From a virus, in IMG/VR virus record IMGVR_UViG_3300028920_000068, positions 6,427 to 70,426 of that record: a DNA stretch of 64,000 bases, one strand, 5' to 3'. The notes beneath the pieces are model-generated. The model was not told the origin of the DNA. It did not search any database and saw nothing but the letters and a program-made list of their open reading frames with translations. The position numbers were made by a program, and so were the translations under genes. Shown one piece after another: positions 18,379-28,855 of this stretch (position 1 is its first letter; every line of letters begins with the position of its first letter).

Positions 18379-19602
18379 ATGGCTAGAAAAAAAACAACAA
18401 GAACCCCTAAAATTGGCCGGAAAACGAAAAGTGCTGTTCGTTTAAAGGGGACAGAACAAGTCCGTGATAGAAAACGGGAGGCGGTAGGTTTTGGATCTAA
18501 GGCGGCAACCTATCAACCATACAGTAGCCTTTCCATTTCTCAGTTACGGAATTTAATTTTAAGTACTATTTGGGCGGAAACCTGTGTTGAAACTATTGTT
18601 GATGAAGTCGTAAAATATAGGTTTCGTACAGATCCCGGGGCTAGTGATATTAATGGTTTGTTGAGTTATCCCTCATTGAAAGAGCCTTTATTTATGATAC
18701 GAAAACAGTATCTTAAAGACATGCTTTTATGGGGTAATGGTGCTTGTATTATCGAATATAAACAAAATAAGCCGAATCAGTTGGTTGTTACTCCGGGCTA
18801 TACTTTGAGAATTACAGATGATAATCCGCCAAAGTATAAACTTTTAAAGCTCGGGAGTAATTCTGAATTTGTGCAAAAGAAAGGTAAAGATCTGATCTTA
18901 GAAAATAAAGAGGTCATGCACTTTTGTATAAATAAAGACAGCGATTCTACTCTAGGAAGATCTCCATTAGAGCGGGCTTATAATGATATTGTGTCCGATC
19001 AGGAGTCTGCTAAGAAAATGGTTGCTTTTGTTAAAAGAGGTTTTACAAAACCTTCATTTATTTCTTTTAAGAAAGGTTCTTCTGTGAGCAAAAATGAGCT
19101 CATAGATTTTGTGGAATATTTGAACGGTCTTTTAACTGAAGGGGCCAAGGTTTTGGGGATCAATAAAGATGTAGATCTGAAGGAGATCCCTTATTGGGAA
19201 GCTAAGGAAATTATTGACCTTCAAAAATGGATTGGATTAAAGGTTGCTTCTGTTTATAAAGTCCCGCCTTTTATGCTTAACTTAGTTCAGGATGTCGGTT
19301 CTCTTAATGCTAGAGAACAGAAAGCCCGGTTTTTAGAAAATGTGGTTATGCCAATTTTAGAGTATGAGGCATTTCTTTATACTAATATTTTGGTACGCAA
19401 GGGCTATAAAAAACTTGATACTGTTATTACTTCCAATGTTTTGGGTACTCGTTTGAATTATGACCGGGCCCGAATTGCAAATCTTTTAGTTGGTTCAGAG
19501 GAAGGAATCTTAACAGTGGATGAGGCCCGCAGATTATTTTTTGGCCTTAACCCGAAAGGTGAAGAAACTAAACCGCCGATAGTCGAAGAACCCGGAGCAT
19601 AA
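18379..19602 (+). CDS. Portal protein (HK97-like)
   Basis: DMLLWGNG, EVMHF, GRSPL, VASVYKVPP, LTVDEAR; follows TerL. Confidence 0.85.
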   Translation: MARKKTTRTPKIGRKTKSAVRLKGTEQVRDRKREAVGFGSKAATYQPYSSLSISQLRNLILSTIWAETCVETIVDEVVKYRFRTDPGASDINGLLSYPSLKEPLFMIRKQYLKDMLLWGNGACIIEYKQNKPNQLVVTPGYTLRITDDNPPKYKLLKLGSNSEFVQKKGKDLILENKEVMHFCINKDSDSTLGRSPLERAYNDIVSDQESAKKMVAFVKRGFTKPSFISFKKGSSVSKNELIDFVEYLNGLLTEGAKVLGINKDVDLKEIPYWEAKEIIDLQKWIGLKVASVYKVPPFMLNLVQDVGSLNAREQKARFLENVVMPILEYEAFLYTNILVRKGYKKLDTVITSNVLGTRLNYDRARIANLLVGSEEGILTVDEARRLFFGLNPKGEETKPPIVEEPGA

Positions 19603-19604
19603 CC

Positions 19605-19633
19605 TTGACAAATGACAATTTTTATGGTATACT
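19605..19633 (+). promoter_or_regulatory. Sigma70-type promoter with extended -10
   Basis: TTGACA-17 nt-TATACT, TG motif. Confidence 0.8.
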
Positions 19634-19672
19634 TGTTATACATAAATTTTAACCATTGACCGGAGGATAATT

Positions 19673-20146
19673 ATGAGTTTAGAAAAGACTATTCAACAAT
19701 TTAAAAAGGATGATAGCAAAGCCTTAGCTAAGGTAGAAAAGATCGTTGAATCATCTTGTAAAGCTATTTCCACAGCCAAGAAATTAATGTTGAAGTTAAA
19801 CGTGAACAATGTTTCTCAGATCAAGGAATTGGAGAAGGATATGACCGCTCATTTCCTTATTTTAGAGGAGTGGTATCAGAAAGTCAATTCTTTAAAAAAG
19901 AATAAGGAATATGCTTATTACCAAGCCTTAAAAAATGCCGCCGAAGAAAATAATGAAAAGTTTGTTTCTGCTCCATCAGAAAAAGAAGCGGCCCTATACG
20001 TTGCTGCCGAAAGAAAACTCAGGGATAAAATTCTGGGTTCAAAAAACGGTGCTGTAGAGGCTATGAAAACCTGTCGTAATTTAATTAACAATCAAGAATT
20101 GTCAACCCAAACCTCAAAGAAAGATGATCTTGAGGAAATAGAATAA
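19673..20146 (+). CDS. Coiled-coil protein, weakly UvsY-like
   Basis: SD GGAGG; helical, size similar to recombination mediators. Confidence 0.4.
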   Translation: MSLEKTIQQFKKDDSKALAKVEKIVESSCKAISTAKKLMLKLNVNNVSQIKELEKDMTAHFLILEEWYQKVNSLKKNKEYAYYQALKNAAEENNEKFVSAPSEKEAALYVAAERKLRDKILGSKNGAVEAMKTCRNLINNQELSTQTSKKDDLEEIE

Positions 20147-20148
20147 AA

Positions 20149-20223
20149 TATAGTGTAGTGTTAATGGTAGCACGCTTGACTGTTAATCAAGAAGTGGTGG
20201 TTCGAATCCACCCATTATAGCCA
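20149..20223 (+). tRNA. tRNA-Asn (GTT)
   Basis: Acceptor TATAGTG/CATTATA, anticodon arm CTTGA-CTGTTAA-TCAAG, GGTTCGAATCC T-arm, encoded CCA. Confidence 0.92.
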
Positions 20224-20239
20224 TTAAAAAGGAATCATT

Positions 20240-20458
20240 ATGCCTACTTATCAATATATTTGTAAAAAATGTGGACATGCTTTTGACGATATGAAGACTA
20301 TATCAAAAAGAAATGAATCCATGTGTCCAAAATGCGGTAATACGGATAATGATCGCTTGATTGGAACTGGTGGTGGATTTGTCTTTAAAGGTGACGGTTT
20401 TTATGAATCTAGTAAAAAACAGTCCGAAATGTATCAACCTATGGACGGGAAGGATTAA
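20240..20458 (+). CDS. FmdB family zinc ribbon protein
   Basis: MPTYQYICKKCGH...CPKCG...FKGDGFY. Confidence 0.85.
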   Translation: MPTYQYICKKCGHAFDDMKTISKRNESMCPKCGNTDNDRLIGTGGGFVFKGDGFYESSKKQSEMYQPMDGKD

Positions 20459-20460
20459 AT

Positions 20461-20865
20461 ATGCTTCCGCAAGAAATGAATATGGTCTGTAAAGAGGCCT
20501 TTTTAGAATTAGTTTTTCAAACGTCAAAATATCGGGAAAAAACTTGGTGCTATTTTAATCCGTTTCGTGGAAAGAATCCTTCTTATCATATTACTATTGC
20601 GGATAAAGCTACAGGTTATGCTTCTGTGATTCCTTTAGATCCGAAATCAGCAATGCTTTTAGATAAGAATGGAATGAAACAAATTTATGTAAAAATTTTG
20701 GATGGTTTATTATTGGCTTCTAAAAAACATCAAAAACATGCCAAGCCAGTTGATTATAAACAATATCCGATTAAAGCTGAGGGTCGAGAGAGCCGTCTTG
20801 AACACATTGAAAAAAATGATAAAGTGACAGTCGAAATTTATGGCTGGTCTAAGTTAATTGTTTAA
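20461..20865 (+). CDS. Hypothetical protein
   Basis: ORF in operon context. Confidence 0.55.
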   Translation: MLPQEMNMVCKEAFLELVFQTSKYREKTWCYFNPFRGKNPSYHITIADKATGYASVIPLDPKSAMLLDKNGMKQIYVKILDGLLLASKKHQKHAKPVDYKQYPIKAEGRESRLEHIEKNDKVTVEIYGWSKLIV

Positions 20866-20877
20866 TAAGGAAATAAC

Positions 20878-21423
20878 GTGACTAAAAAGTGTAAGCATAA
20901 AAATATAGGCCAGAAGTATATTCACACGAAAAAATATGATGAACCTATTTTGGTGAATGTTACTTACTGTACGAATTGTGGTGAGGTTTTTAAAGGCTCG
21001 GTGTCTTTTGTGAAGCCTATAACATTACCAGAATCTCAACCACAAATTATTAATACTCTGCCTGCCAAGAAGTCTCAAAATATTCAAACCCAATCAAGAA
21101 GTTCTGTTTCCCGGGAAGCGGCTACCAAAGCTGCTCGAAATTCAAAGTCTAAATCTAAGAAGAAAAAATCAAAAGAGAAAGTTATTAATCCACACCCTCC
21201 CCGAGGAGATGCTGAATTAAGAAAAAATAGTCGGAAACCTTCGGCCACACCAGCACCAAAGGGGTCTAATTTGGCGGATATTGTAAGAGCTAAATATAAA
21301 ATTAAAGAAAATCCAAAACCAAAACCATCTATAAAGAGTACTACTAAGACGAAATATCGTGCAAGAGATCCTTATGAAGGTGAACCTGATGAGGGTGGCG
21401 ATCCTAAAGTATTTTTGAAATAA
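20878..21423 (+). CDS. Hypothetical Lys/Pro-rich protein with N-terminal Cys/His zinc motif
   Basis: CKH...CTNC; basic low-complexity remainder. Confidence 0.55.
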   Translation: MTKKCKHKNIGQKYIHTKKYDEPILVNVTYCTNCGEVFKGSVSFVKPITLPESQPQIINTLPAKKSQNIQTQSRSSVSREAATKAARNSKSKSKKKKSKEKVINPHPPRGDAELRKNSRKPSATPAPKGSNLADIVRAKYKIKENPKPKPSIKSTTKTKYRARDPYEGEPDEGGDPKVFLK

Positions 21424-21442
21424 GCCGAAAGGATTTTATTTT

Positions 21443-23650
21443 ATGCGGATAAAAGATTTAAGTAAAGTCAAGGAGTTGATTCGTTCTAAGCTCCCAGAAT
21501 ATTTACATGATATTGGTTGTAAAACTAACGGAACAAAGGTTCAATGTCCGAATACTGAGGCCCATGAACATGGTGATGAAGAGAAACTTTCGGCGGCCTT
21601 TTTACCCGACTCTCAGAATAAATTAATTTATTGTTTTGTAGAGGAACGATCTTGGGATATTTTTGATATTCATGCACTTAAAATGGGTGTTGAACTTAAG
21701 GGCCAGAAATTTTTTACAGTTTTAAAAGATCTAGCGCAGAAATACAATATTCCCATTGAAGAGGAGTATGAATATTCAGCAAAGGAAAAGGCCAATTTCC
21801 GGCAGCGGAACTTTTTAGAGAAATTACATAAACTTTCTTGTACGGGAGGTCGCCCGAAAAAGGCAGTTTCTCTTTATAAGAAGCGTAATATTTCTAAAGA
21901 AAAATTAGTCACATGGCGCATTGGTTATTTATCTCCAGAAGATATTTCACCTGAGTTAAATAAAGAATGTAAAATGCTTTTTGATTACCGTCTATTGACT
22001 GTTTTTCATAAGCCGGGATTGGTGATACCTATTTTAGATGAGAATAAACAATATTCCGGGGTTATTATCCGCATGTTTAATACAAATGATAATGATCCTT
22101 ATATTAAAATTTGTATCAAAGGGAGTAATTTATTTAATGTAGAGCGTGTTCGGGGTAAAGAACAATTGACTATTGTAGAAGGAGTCTTCGATGCAATAGC
22201 TTTACACCCAGAGCAGAATGTTGTTGCTTGTTTAACGAATGTTGTGAATGATGCCAATTTGGAAAAGATTGCTAAAATGGATATGAAAAAAATCCGTTTG
22301 GCTCTTGATCCAGATAATATGTATAAAGGGACAGCCCGGGATGGTTTTCTGAGAACGATTCTTCGGATGAAGAATTTAGATACCGAAATTTCTGTTATAA
22401 AAATGCCTGTGATTGAGGGTGAACCTAAACCCGATCCAGATGAGTATATGAAAAAACATACTCTGGAAGAGTTTAATGGTTTACCAAAAATTGAAGCCAT
22501 TAATTATTTGATTAATAACTATCAAAAAGGTTTAATTAAAGCAGATGTTCTATATGACTTCATTGCAGGGTGTCCAAATTTAATCCGTAAAGAACGATAT
22601 ATTAATATTTGTGCTAAAGCTCTGGATATTGGTAAAAGACAATTAACACAATCTATTGATGGTATCTCTGAGAAAAAAGATTCCTTTAATATGATTCAAT
22701 ATGTTCAGGAAAAGGATTCTTATGATGAACTCTTAGAAGGTTTTACTGAATTGGCGTGGAATAAAAATTTCTCAGGAATTCCTTCAGGGTATCCGCTCTT
22801 TGATAAAAAATTTGGCGGCTTTGAGGATACACTTTATTTATTCGCCGGATTTCCAGAGATGGGAAAGACATCCTTCCTAATAAATTTTGTTTATCATTTA
22901 GCTACCTATGAAAATACTTTTGTGGCCTTTTATTCCTTAGATGATGGGGCAAAGAGAGCCATTATTCCCCGGTTAATGAGTATTACTTCAGATCTCACTT
23001 CTCGACAGGTACGACAGCCAGAAAAATCTTATGAAAAACAATGGTTTTCTGGTATGAAAAACTTGAAAAAGATGAAAGAGAATATGATTATTAAAGACGG
23101 GGCGGATATTCGTACTGTTGATGATTTGGATAATTTTATAAAAATTCATTCAACTATTGCAGAAGAGCGGGGTAAGAAATTTATTATCGTTATTGATAAC
23201 CTCCATGATCTTAATGCGTCTACCAAGCGAGATTTAGAGGCCACACAGAACGCCCAAAGAGTAGCCTCTTATTTAAAAAGATTACCGCAAAGAATGAACT
23301 GTCCGATTCTCGCTACCGCAGAGGTTCCAAAATCTTCCAGCAATAAACCCACTGGAAAAGATATTAAAGAATCCATTGATCTTTGGTATGCGGCACGGTT
23401 CGTTGCGGGAATTTATTCAAATTTCCATGAAGTTAAAAATAAAAATGAATCTAACCTGCATTGGGTGGATGAAAATGGAAAATATCATCCTATTATGGAA
23501 TTATTTATCTCCAAAAATCAGACGGGCGAAGCCGAACATGGGACTTTATTTTATAAGTTTAACTTTAAAAATAATCAATTAATTGAATGTACGGAAAGAG
23601 AAACCGAAGTTCTTAGCGGCGGCGGGTTTCTCACCTATATGGAGGAATAA
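21443..23650 (+). CDS. Primase-helicase fusion (Zn finger + TOPRIM + DnaB-like helicase)
   Basis: CP..H zinc finger, IVEGVFDAIA, LALDPD, DPDEY, Walker A GFPEMGKT, IVIDNL, ISKNQTG. Confidence 0.9.
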   Translation: MRIKDLSKVKELIRSKLPEYLHDIGCKTNGTKVQCPNTEAHEHGDEEKLSAAFLPDSQNKLIYCFVEERSWDIFDIHALKMGVELKGQKFFTVLKDLAQKYNIPIEEEYEYSAKEKANFRQRNFLEKLHKLSCTGGRPKKAVSLYKKRNISKEKLVTWRIGYLSPEDISPELNKECKMLFDYRLLTVFHKPGLVIPILDENKQYSGVIIRMFNTNDNDPYIKICIKGSNLFNVERVRGKEQLTIVEGVFDAIALHPEQNVVACLTNVVNDANLEKIAKMDMKKIRLALDPDNMYKGTARDGFLRTILRMKNLDTEISVIKMPVIEGEPKPDPDEYMKKHTLEEFNGLPKIEAINYLINNYQKGLIKADVLYDFIAGCPNLIRKERYINICAKALDIGKRQLTQSIDGISEKKDSFNMIQYVQEKDSYDELLEGFTELAWNKNFSGIPSGYPLFDKKFGGFEDTLYLFAGFPEMGKTSFLINFVYHLATYENTFVAFYSLDDGAKRAIIPRLMSITSDLTSRQVRQPEKSYEKQWFSGMKNLKKMKENMIIKDGADIRTVDDLDNFIKIHSTIAEERGKKFIIVIDNLHDLNASTKRDLEATQNAQRVASYLKRLPQRMNCPILATAEVPKSSSNKPTGKDIKESIDLWYAARFVAGIYSNFHEVKNKNESNLHWVDENGKYHPIMELFISKNQTGEAEHGTLFYKFNFKNNQLIECTERETEVLSGGGFLTYMEE

Positions 23651-23955
23651 TTATGAACAAAGAATCGGTTTTAAAAAGTTTAAAAGCTGCTTGTGTTAGT
23701 CCTATGAAACATATTCTCGATATTATTTTAAGCCGAGATAGTGCTCAAATGAAACTGCGAGCTATTGAACTTTATTGTCGAAAAACTTTAGAAATCATTA
23801 ATAAAACGGCAGAGGAAAAATTAAAATGATCTTGGTAATATTAATAATTTCACTTTCAATGATACCTATTTATGGGCGTGTATTTAAACAATTCATAGCG
23901 CATACCACGTCAAACATTATTCGAGAAGCCGAAAATATATTAAAAGGAGAAAAGT

Positions 23956-24147
23956 ATGATTGAAGTACAACCGAAATATAAAGCTAATGAGCGGGTTTAC
24001 ATCCCCAGTATTGGTTATTCTGGTGTAGTCATAAGTTGTCGTAAAGCACAGCATATTCGTTCTTACGAATATTTAATTATAACTTACCCGGATAATAAAC
24101 AACGAATCCTCCCGGAATCGGCTTTAAAAGAATGTTCTGGAGCTTAG
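23956..24147 (+). CDS. Small hypothetical protein (SH3/KOW-like)
   Basis: SD AAGGAG. Confidence 0.45.
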   Translation: MIEVQPKYKANERVYIPSIGYSGVVISCRKAQHIRSYEYLIITYPDNKQRILPESALKECSGA

Positions 24148-24185
24148 ATATAACTAAACTATTAAACATATTTTGGAGGTAATAA

Positions 24186-24455
24186 ATGTATCAGCAAACT
24201 TCATTTTTAGCGTATCAGGAATTAGTTACAACGGGTCAAATTAGTCGGAGACAGGGCCAGATATTGAAAGCTATAATTGAACATCCATTTCCGCTAACTA
24301 ATTTAGAGATCTCAGAAATAACTAAACTTCCGATCAATTCTGTTACTGGTCGAGTTAAAGAGCTCAGAGATAAAGGTTTGGTTCAAAAAGCTTATGTGAA
24401 AAAAGAACCGAGAGCTTCAATCGCTTGGAAAGTTGCTTACGATATAGCCCTGTAA
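24186..24455 (+). CDS. Winged-helix HTH DNA-binding protein
   Basis: LTNLEISEITKLPINSVTGRVKELRDKGLV. Confidence 0.75.
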   Translation: MYQQTSFLAYQELVTTGQISRRQGQILKAIIEHPFPLTNLEISEITKLPINSVTGRVKELRDKGLVQKAYVKKEPRASIAWKVAYDIAL

Positions 24456-24464
24456 AGGAATTTT

Positions 24465-25418
24465 ATGATTGATTTTTCTAATAAAAAAATTCTAGTCCTT
24501 GGAGATATAATTTTAGACGAATATATTGAAGGAGAGGTGTCCCGTATTTCTCCTGAAGCCCCTATACCCATTCTGGATAAACATAAACAATATTATCGTC
24601 TTGGTGGGGCGGCTAATGTGGCTCGGAATATAGCCAGTTTAGGGGCTAAGGTATGGCTTATAGGCCGTATTGGTAATGATTCTGCTGGAAAGAGAGTTAT
24701 AAAATTACTTACCAAAGATAATATTTATGTGGATCTTTTATTGAAAGATTCAAAGATTCCAACTATTTTAAAGACCCGATATGTGGCAAATAACCAGCAG
24801 CTTCTTAGGGTGGATTATGAGGATCGAACTTCGGTAATTCAAAATAAAAAATTTCAAAAATTATTAAACCAAGATCTTGATCGACACATGCGATATTTTG
24901 ATGGTATGATTATTTCCGATTACAACAAAGGAGTTGTTTATCCTAAGCTTTTACAACATATAAGTTGTATCCAAAAAAAATATCAGAAAATTCTTACCGC
25001 AGATACACATAAAATCGACTGGACTCCTTTTAAGGGTTTTACATGCCTTACGCCAAACCTTAAAGAATTTCAGACAGCGTGTAATGTATTTGTAAACGGA
25101 CTCCATTTATTATCCCGTTACGGCAAACAGTATTTAAAAAAGTATCGTTTAAAACAATTATTAATTACTTTAGGTCAGAATGGAATGTTATTGGTGTCCG
25201 AAAAAAGAACGAAATATTTAGCCTCACAGAAAAGATCTATTATTGATGTAACTGGTGCAGGCGATACTGTAATTGCCACCTATACACTGGGTTTGGCTGC
25301 GGGATTACCCCCGTTAAAAGCAGCTATTCTGGCAAATCGAGCAGCCGGAATTGTAGTAACAAAACCCGGAACCGCCACCGTCACTACGGAGGAATTATGG
25401 TCAAAGAAAAAGATCTAA
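24465..25418 (+). CDS. hldA: D-glycero-D-manno-heptose-7-phosphate kinase (HldE/RfaE domain I, PfkB family)
   Basis: ILVLGDIILDEYIEGEVSRISPEAPIP, GGAANVA, QQLLRVD, ISDYNKG, TPNLKE, DVTGAGDTVIA. Confidence 0.9.
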   Translation: MIDFSNKKILVLGDIILDEYIEGEVSRISPEAPIPILDKHKQYYRLGGAANVARNIASLGAKVWLIGRIGNDSAGKRVIKLLTKDNIYVDLLLKDSKIPTILKTRYVANNQQLLRVDYEDRTSVIQNKKFQKLLNQDLDRHMRYFDGMIISDYNKGVVYPKLLQHISCIQKKYQKILTADTHKIDWTPFKGFTCLTPNLKEFQTACNVFVNGLHLLSRYGKQYLKKYRLKQLLITLGQNGMLLVSEKRTKYLASQKRSIIDVTGAGDTVIATYTLGLAAGLPPLKAAILANRAAGIVVTKPGTATVTTEELWSKKKI

Positions 25419-25672
25419 ATTTTATTCAAGATCACTTATTATATATTAATAGTAAGGGTAAAAAAGTCCGGCGTTTACCGAAAAAATGTCTTGGTGGGTT
25501 TTATTTTTTAGAGGCGGCCTATAAAAATCTCCTTCAAGGATACTTTGGTTATGTACCGCCAACTTTAATAAAAGATAAAAAAGCTATTCAAGCCTGTCGT
25601 CAAGGGCTTTTAAATAAAATCCTAAAAGAATTAAATGGAGTAGATAATGCAAGCAAAGAAAAAAGATCCTAA
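25397..25672 (+). CDS. Hypothetical protein
   Basis: SD GGAGG, overlaps the kinase end. Confidence 0.45.
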   Translation: MVKEKDLNFIQDHLLYINSKGKKVRRLPKKCLGGFYFLEAAYKNLLQGYFGYVPPTLIKDKKAIQACRQGLLNKILKELNGVDNASKEKRS

Positions 25673-25818
25673 AACTTTAGCTTTTGAACTTGAATTGAAT
25701 CAATTATTGGTAAAATATGGTTTTTTAACCTCAACTGTTCAGGCTCATTCTATAATTGTATCTACTTCAGTTATGGAAAATCCAGTAATTTCGATTGTTG
25801 CTGTTGGAAAGAATTAAT

Positions 25819-26358
25819 ATGAAGATAACTGCCGATATAATTAAAACTGCTGTTTTATCATATTATAGATACCAAAGACAAATGATCTGTACTGATGAGT
25901 GTTGGTGTGGAATTTCTGGGGAAACTTGTGATGTCTTAGTGGATTCAGGAAAATATTTTTATGATATTGAAATTAAAATTAATAAATATGATTTATGGAA
26001 AGGCGAAGCCAAAAAACGAAAACATTATATATATAATCGAGCTATTATAAGCGATCATTTACACCACCCAAATTATTTTTTAATTTGTGTTCCGTCTTCC
26101 TTAATAAACGAGGCCCAAAAATGGGTACAAGAAACGAATACCAATTATGGTATAATTGAATTCTCCGAAGATCTTTGGAATCGTATGGGTAAAGCTAAAT
26201 GCTTTTGGCGATTTGAAGATTTGATTCGAATAAAGCGCAACCCCAAAAAACTCCGGGAAAATAGGGGTACTAGATTATCTGAAGCTTTAGTAAAGAGATT
26301 ATGCTCTGCTTATACAACATTACGACAGAAAAATTTAAGAAAAGGGGTCTGTGGCTGA
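25819..26358 (+). CDS. MmcB-like PD-(D/E)XK protein
   Basis: CDVL...DIEIK...D....K...PNYFLICVP...YGII. Confidence 0.6.
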   Translation: MKITADIIKTAVLSYYRYQRQMICTDECWCGISGETCDVLVDSGKYFYDIEIKINKYDLWKGEAKKRKHYIYNRAIISDHLHHPNYFLICVPSSLINEAQKWVQETNTNYGIIEFSEDLWNRMGKAKCFWRFEDLIRIKRNPKKLRENRGTRLSEALVKRLCSAYTTLRQKNLRKGVCG

Positions 26359-26432
26359 GTGGTTAAAAGTAACGGTCTGTAAAACCGTCGGGTCTTTGCC
26401 CTTCGTAGGTTCAAATCCTACCGGGCCCACCA
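26345..26432 (+). tRNA. tRNA-Tyr (GTA)
   Basis: Acceptor GGGTCTG/CGGGCCC, anticodon arm ACGGT-CTGTAAA-ACCGT, long variable arm, GGTTCAAATCC, encoded CCA. Confidence 0.92.
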
Positions 26433-26446
26433 TTTTTATCTCAGCC

Positions 26447-26475
26447 TTGACATAGAGCTATCTTTGTGGTATACT
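26447..26475 (+). promoter_or_regulatory. Sigma70-type promoter with extended -10
   Basis: TTGACA-17 nt-TATACT, TG motif. Confidence 0.8.
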
Positions 26476-26653
26476 TATTAAGGTGGTACTTTAATGAAAC
26501 AATTTTTCTTAACAGTATTTGGAGCCGCCACAGCGAATATTTTAACCTTCCTTTTTTATCAAGGATTTGTTAAAAGTTATTGGGGCCGCAATGCCAGAGA
26601 AGAAATTACTCGTTGGTTTGATCGTATGTCTAAACACATGAGGAAAAAGAAAA

Positions 26654-27217
26654 ATGACTGATCGAAATTTTATGACTTTAGATTTAGAAATGAATCAGCC
26701 CTCTGGTAAAATTATTCAGATCGGTGCTGTAATTGGAAATTTAGCTTCAGGCAAAATTATTGCCGAATACTTATGCCATATTAAAGTCCATGAAATGATC
26801 TCAGATTATATTCATAATTTAACAGGCATTTCTCAAGAAGACGTTAAACATGGAATTACTTTAGACCAAGCTTATCGAAGTTTATCACAGCTTCATAAAA
26901 GATACGAATGTTTCCGTAATCCAATTACATGGGGTGGTGGAGATTCATTAGAACTACGCAATCAACTTGGCTGGCCGACAGATGAGATGTTTCTTTTTGG
27001 TCGCCGTTGGATTGATGCTAAAACATTATTCGTTTCTTTAAGGTTCGCCCGGGGACAGCAGCATCAAGCAGGCCTTGCCCGGGCCTTAAGAAAATTTAAT
27101 ATGGAATTTCAAGGAAAGAAACACTGTGCTGTAGACGATGCTCGGAATACTTTTCTAATTTATCGTCGCATGTTACAGGAATTACGAACCCAAAATCTTG
27201 GAGAAAATAATGAGTGA
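26654..27217 (+). CDS. DEDDh 3'-5' exonuclease
   Basis: LDLEM, IIQIGAV, LTGI, WGGGD, HCAVDDARNT. Confidence 0.85.
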   Translation: MTDRNFMTLDLEMNQPSGKIIQIGAVIGNLASGKIIAEYLCHIKVHEMISDYIHNLTGISQEDVKHGITLDQAYRSLSQLHKRYECFRNPITWGGGDSLELRNQLGWPTDEMFLFGRRWIDAKTLFVSLRFARGQQHQAGLARALRKFNMEFQGKKHCAVDDARNTFLIYRRMLQELRTQNLGENNE

Positions 27218-27692
27218 ATCAAAATTCAAGACATTACGCCACATTGAAACTGTCCGTAATTACCTGAATTTTGCGGCTATGGAATTACTGAGACGGGGAA
27301 CTAAACATGACCAGTCTAAATTAGAGAGCCCGGAATTAGAAATTTTTGAAGAATATACGCCTAAATTACGGGATCTTACCTATGATTCACCAGAGTATCG
27401 GGCTTGTTTAGAAGAAATGGATGTTGCCATTAAACATCATCATTCCAATAATAGCCATCATCCAGAACATTATGCTAACGGTATTGAAGATATGGATCTT
27501 TTTGATATACTTGAAATGGTCTGTGATTGGAAAGCTGCCGGGATGCGCCAGAATGATGGAAATATTTTAAAGAGTTTGGAAGTCAACCGGAAAAAGTTTA
27601 AGATCAATAAACAGCTTTATGAAATCCTTAAGAATACTGTTGAACGATACATTCAGACATGGGATGTTCCGAATAAAGCAAGGGAATCTTAA
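27210..27692 (+). CDS. DUF5662 family HD-like protein
   Basis: HDQSK...E, HH..N.HHPEH, D..EM.CDW.AA. Confidence 0.75.
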   Translation: MSESKFKTLRHIETVRNYLNFAAMELLRRGTKHDQSKLESPELEIFEEYTPKLRDLTYDSPEYRACLEEMDVAIKHHHSNNSHHPEHYANGIEDMDLFDILEMVCDWKAAGMRQNDGNILKSLEVNRKKFKINKQLYEILKNTVERYIQTWDVPNKARES

Positions 27693-27898
27693 TGAATTTA
27701 AAAGAGTCTTTAGAGTCTTATGGATACGATTTATCGGAATTTACTGAAGCACAAATTGAACAGGTTCTAAATATAATAGAACGAAAGAATATTTTTCTAG
27801 GTATGACGACTAGCGAAATTATAGGTAATTTAGTGAACTTAATTAAAGAAAAACAAACTATACAGGAGGTATCAAATGGAGCTTACATTCAAAGATAG
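27692..27898 (+). CDS. Hypothetical protein
   Basis: TAATG-coupled ORF. Confidence 0.45.
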   Translation: MNLKESLESYGYDLSEFTEAQIEQVLNIIERKNIFLGMTTSEIIGNLVNLIKEKQTIQEVSNGAYIQR

Positions 27899-28211
27899 GT
27901 TAGTTTTTGGAAGCCTATATCCGGCCAAAGGTTCTATATTAATCCAAACAATCGTTTCAGATATTCAGGATAAGGTTAGTCTTTCTCAAGATGATATGGT
28001 TAAAGCTAATCTTCGCCTTGAAAATAAACAGTATAAATGGGATACCACAAAGGTAAAACCTATTGAGGTCGAATTTACTCATGCTGAATTAAATTTCCTT
28101 AAAGAACGGGTTCAGGAATTAGATAAAAAAGAAGAGGTTGAATTTGACTGTTTAGCTTTATTTAAAAAGATCCAAACCGAACCTTTAAAAAAGAAAAAAG
28201 TTAAAAAATAA
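27876..28211 (+). CDS. Hypothetical protein
   Basis: SD GGAGGT. Confidence 0.55.
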   Translation: MELTFKDRLVFGSLYPAKGSILIQTIVSDIQDKVSLSQDDMVKANLRLENKQYKWDTTKVKPIEVEFTHAELNFLKERVQELDKKEEVEFDCLALFKKIQTEPLKKKKVKK

Positions 28212-28855
28212 TGCGCTTAAAACAAATCTACTCCGGCCTTTATTTTCTAAAGTTTCCAAATCAGTATGAATTAACTATGACTATGATTCGGCTTCAGGAA
28301 TTTTATGAGAGCCCTTATTTAAAAATCCGAGGAAAAGTTTTTACTTTAGAAGAATTCATGGATATTTATGCTAAGAATACAGGAAACTTTACCTATTGTA
28401 CGGACTGGAATGGCTTCAATATTCCCGGAGAAATAATTATTGATTTCTATTTGACTTATTGGGATGATCTCCGAGAAAAAGAGAAACAATTGTGGAGTCA
28501 AATTGATGATATAGTTTTAAATAACTATTCTTATTTTATTGCTGGTTGTGATAATACTGTTTTGGCCCATGAAACCGCTCATGGTTTATTTTATCTTAAT
28601 GAGAATTATCGTAAACAAATATTGGAATTAATTAAAACTATGCCTGCGGGTTTTATATATCGCTTTCAACAAGCTTTAAAAAAACGGGGCTATTGTAAAA
28701 AAGTTTATGCAGATGAAATTCAAGCATATTGTATAGATAATATTATTAGTGGCTGTAATCAGCTTGATACTTTAAAAGTGTTACCGGGTGAAAAAATCCT
28801 TTGGAAACAATTTTATAAAATTTTTAAGAAATATTATAGAGAGAAATTAAAATGA
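28211..28855 (+). CDS. Hypothetical protein with HExxH motif
   Basis: RLQEFYESP, WNGFNIP, AHETAHG, DEIQAY. Confidence 0.6.
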   Translation: MRLKQIYSGLYFLKFPNQYELTMTMIRLQEFYESPYLKIRGKVFTLEEFMDIYAKNTGNFTYCTDWNGFNIPGEIIIDFYLTYWDDLREKEKQLWSQIDDIVLNNYSYFIAGCDNTVLAHETAHGLFYLNENYRKQILELIKTMPAGFIYRFQQALKKRGYCKKVYADEIQAYCIDNIISGCNQLDTLKVLPGEKILWKQFYKIFKKYYREKLK

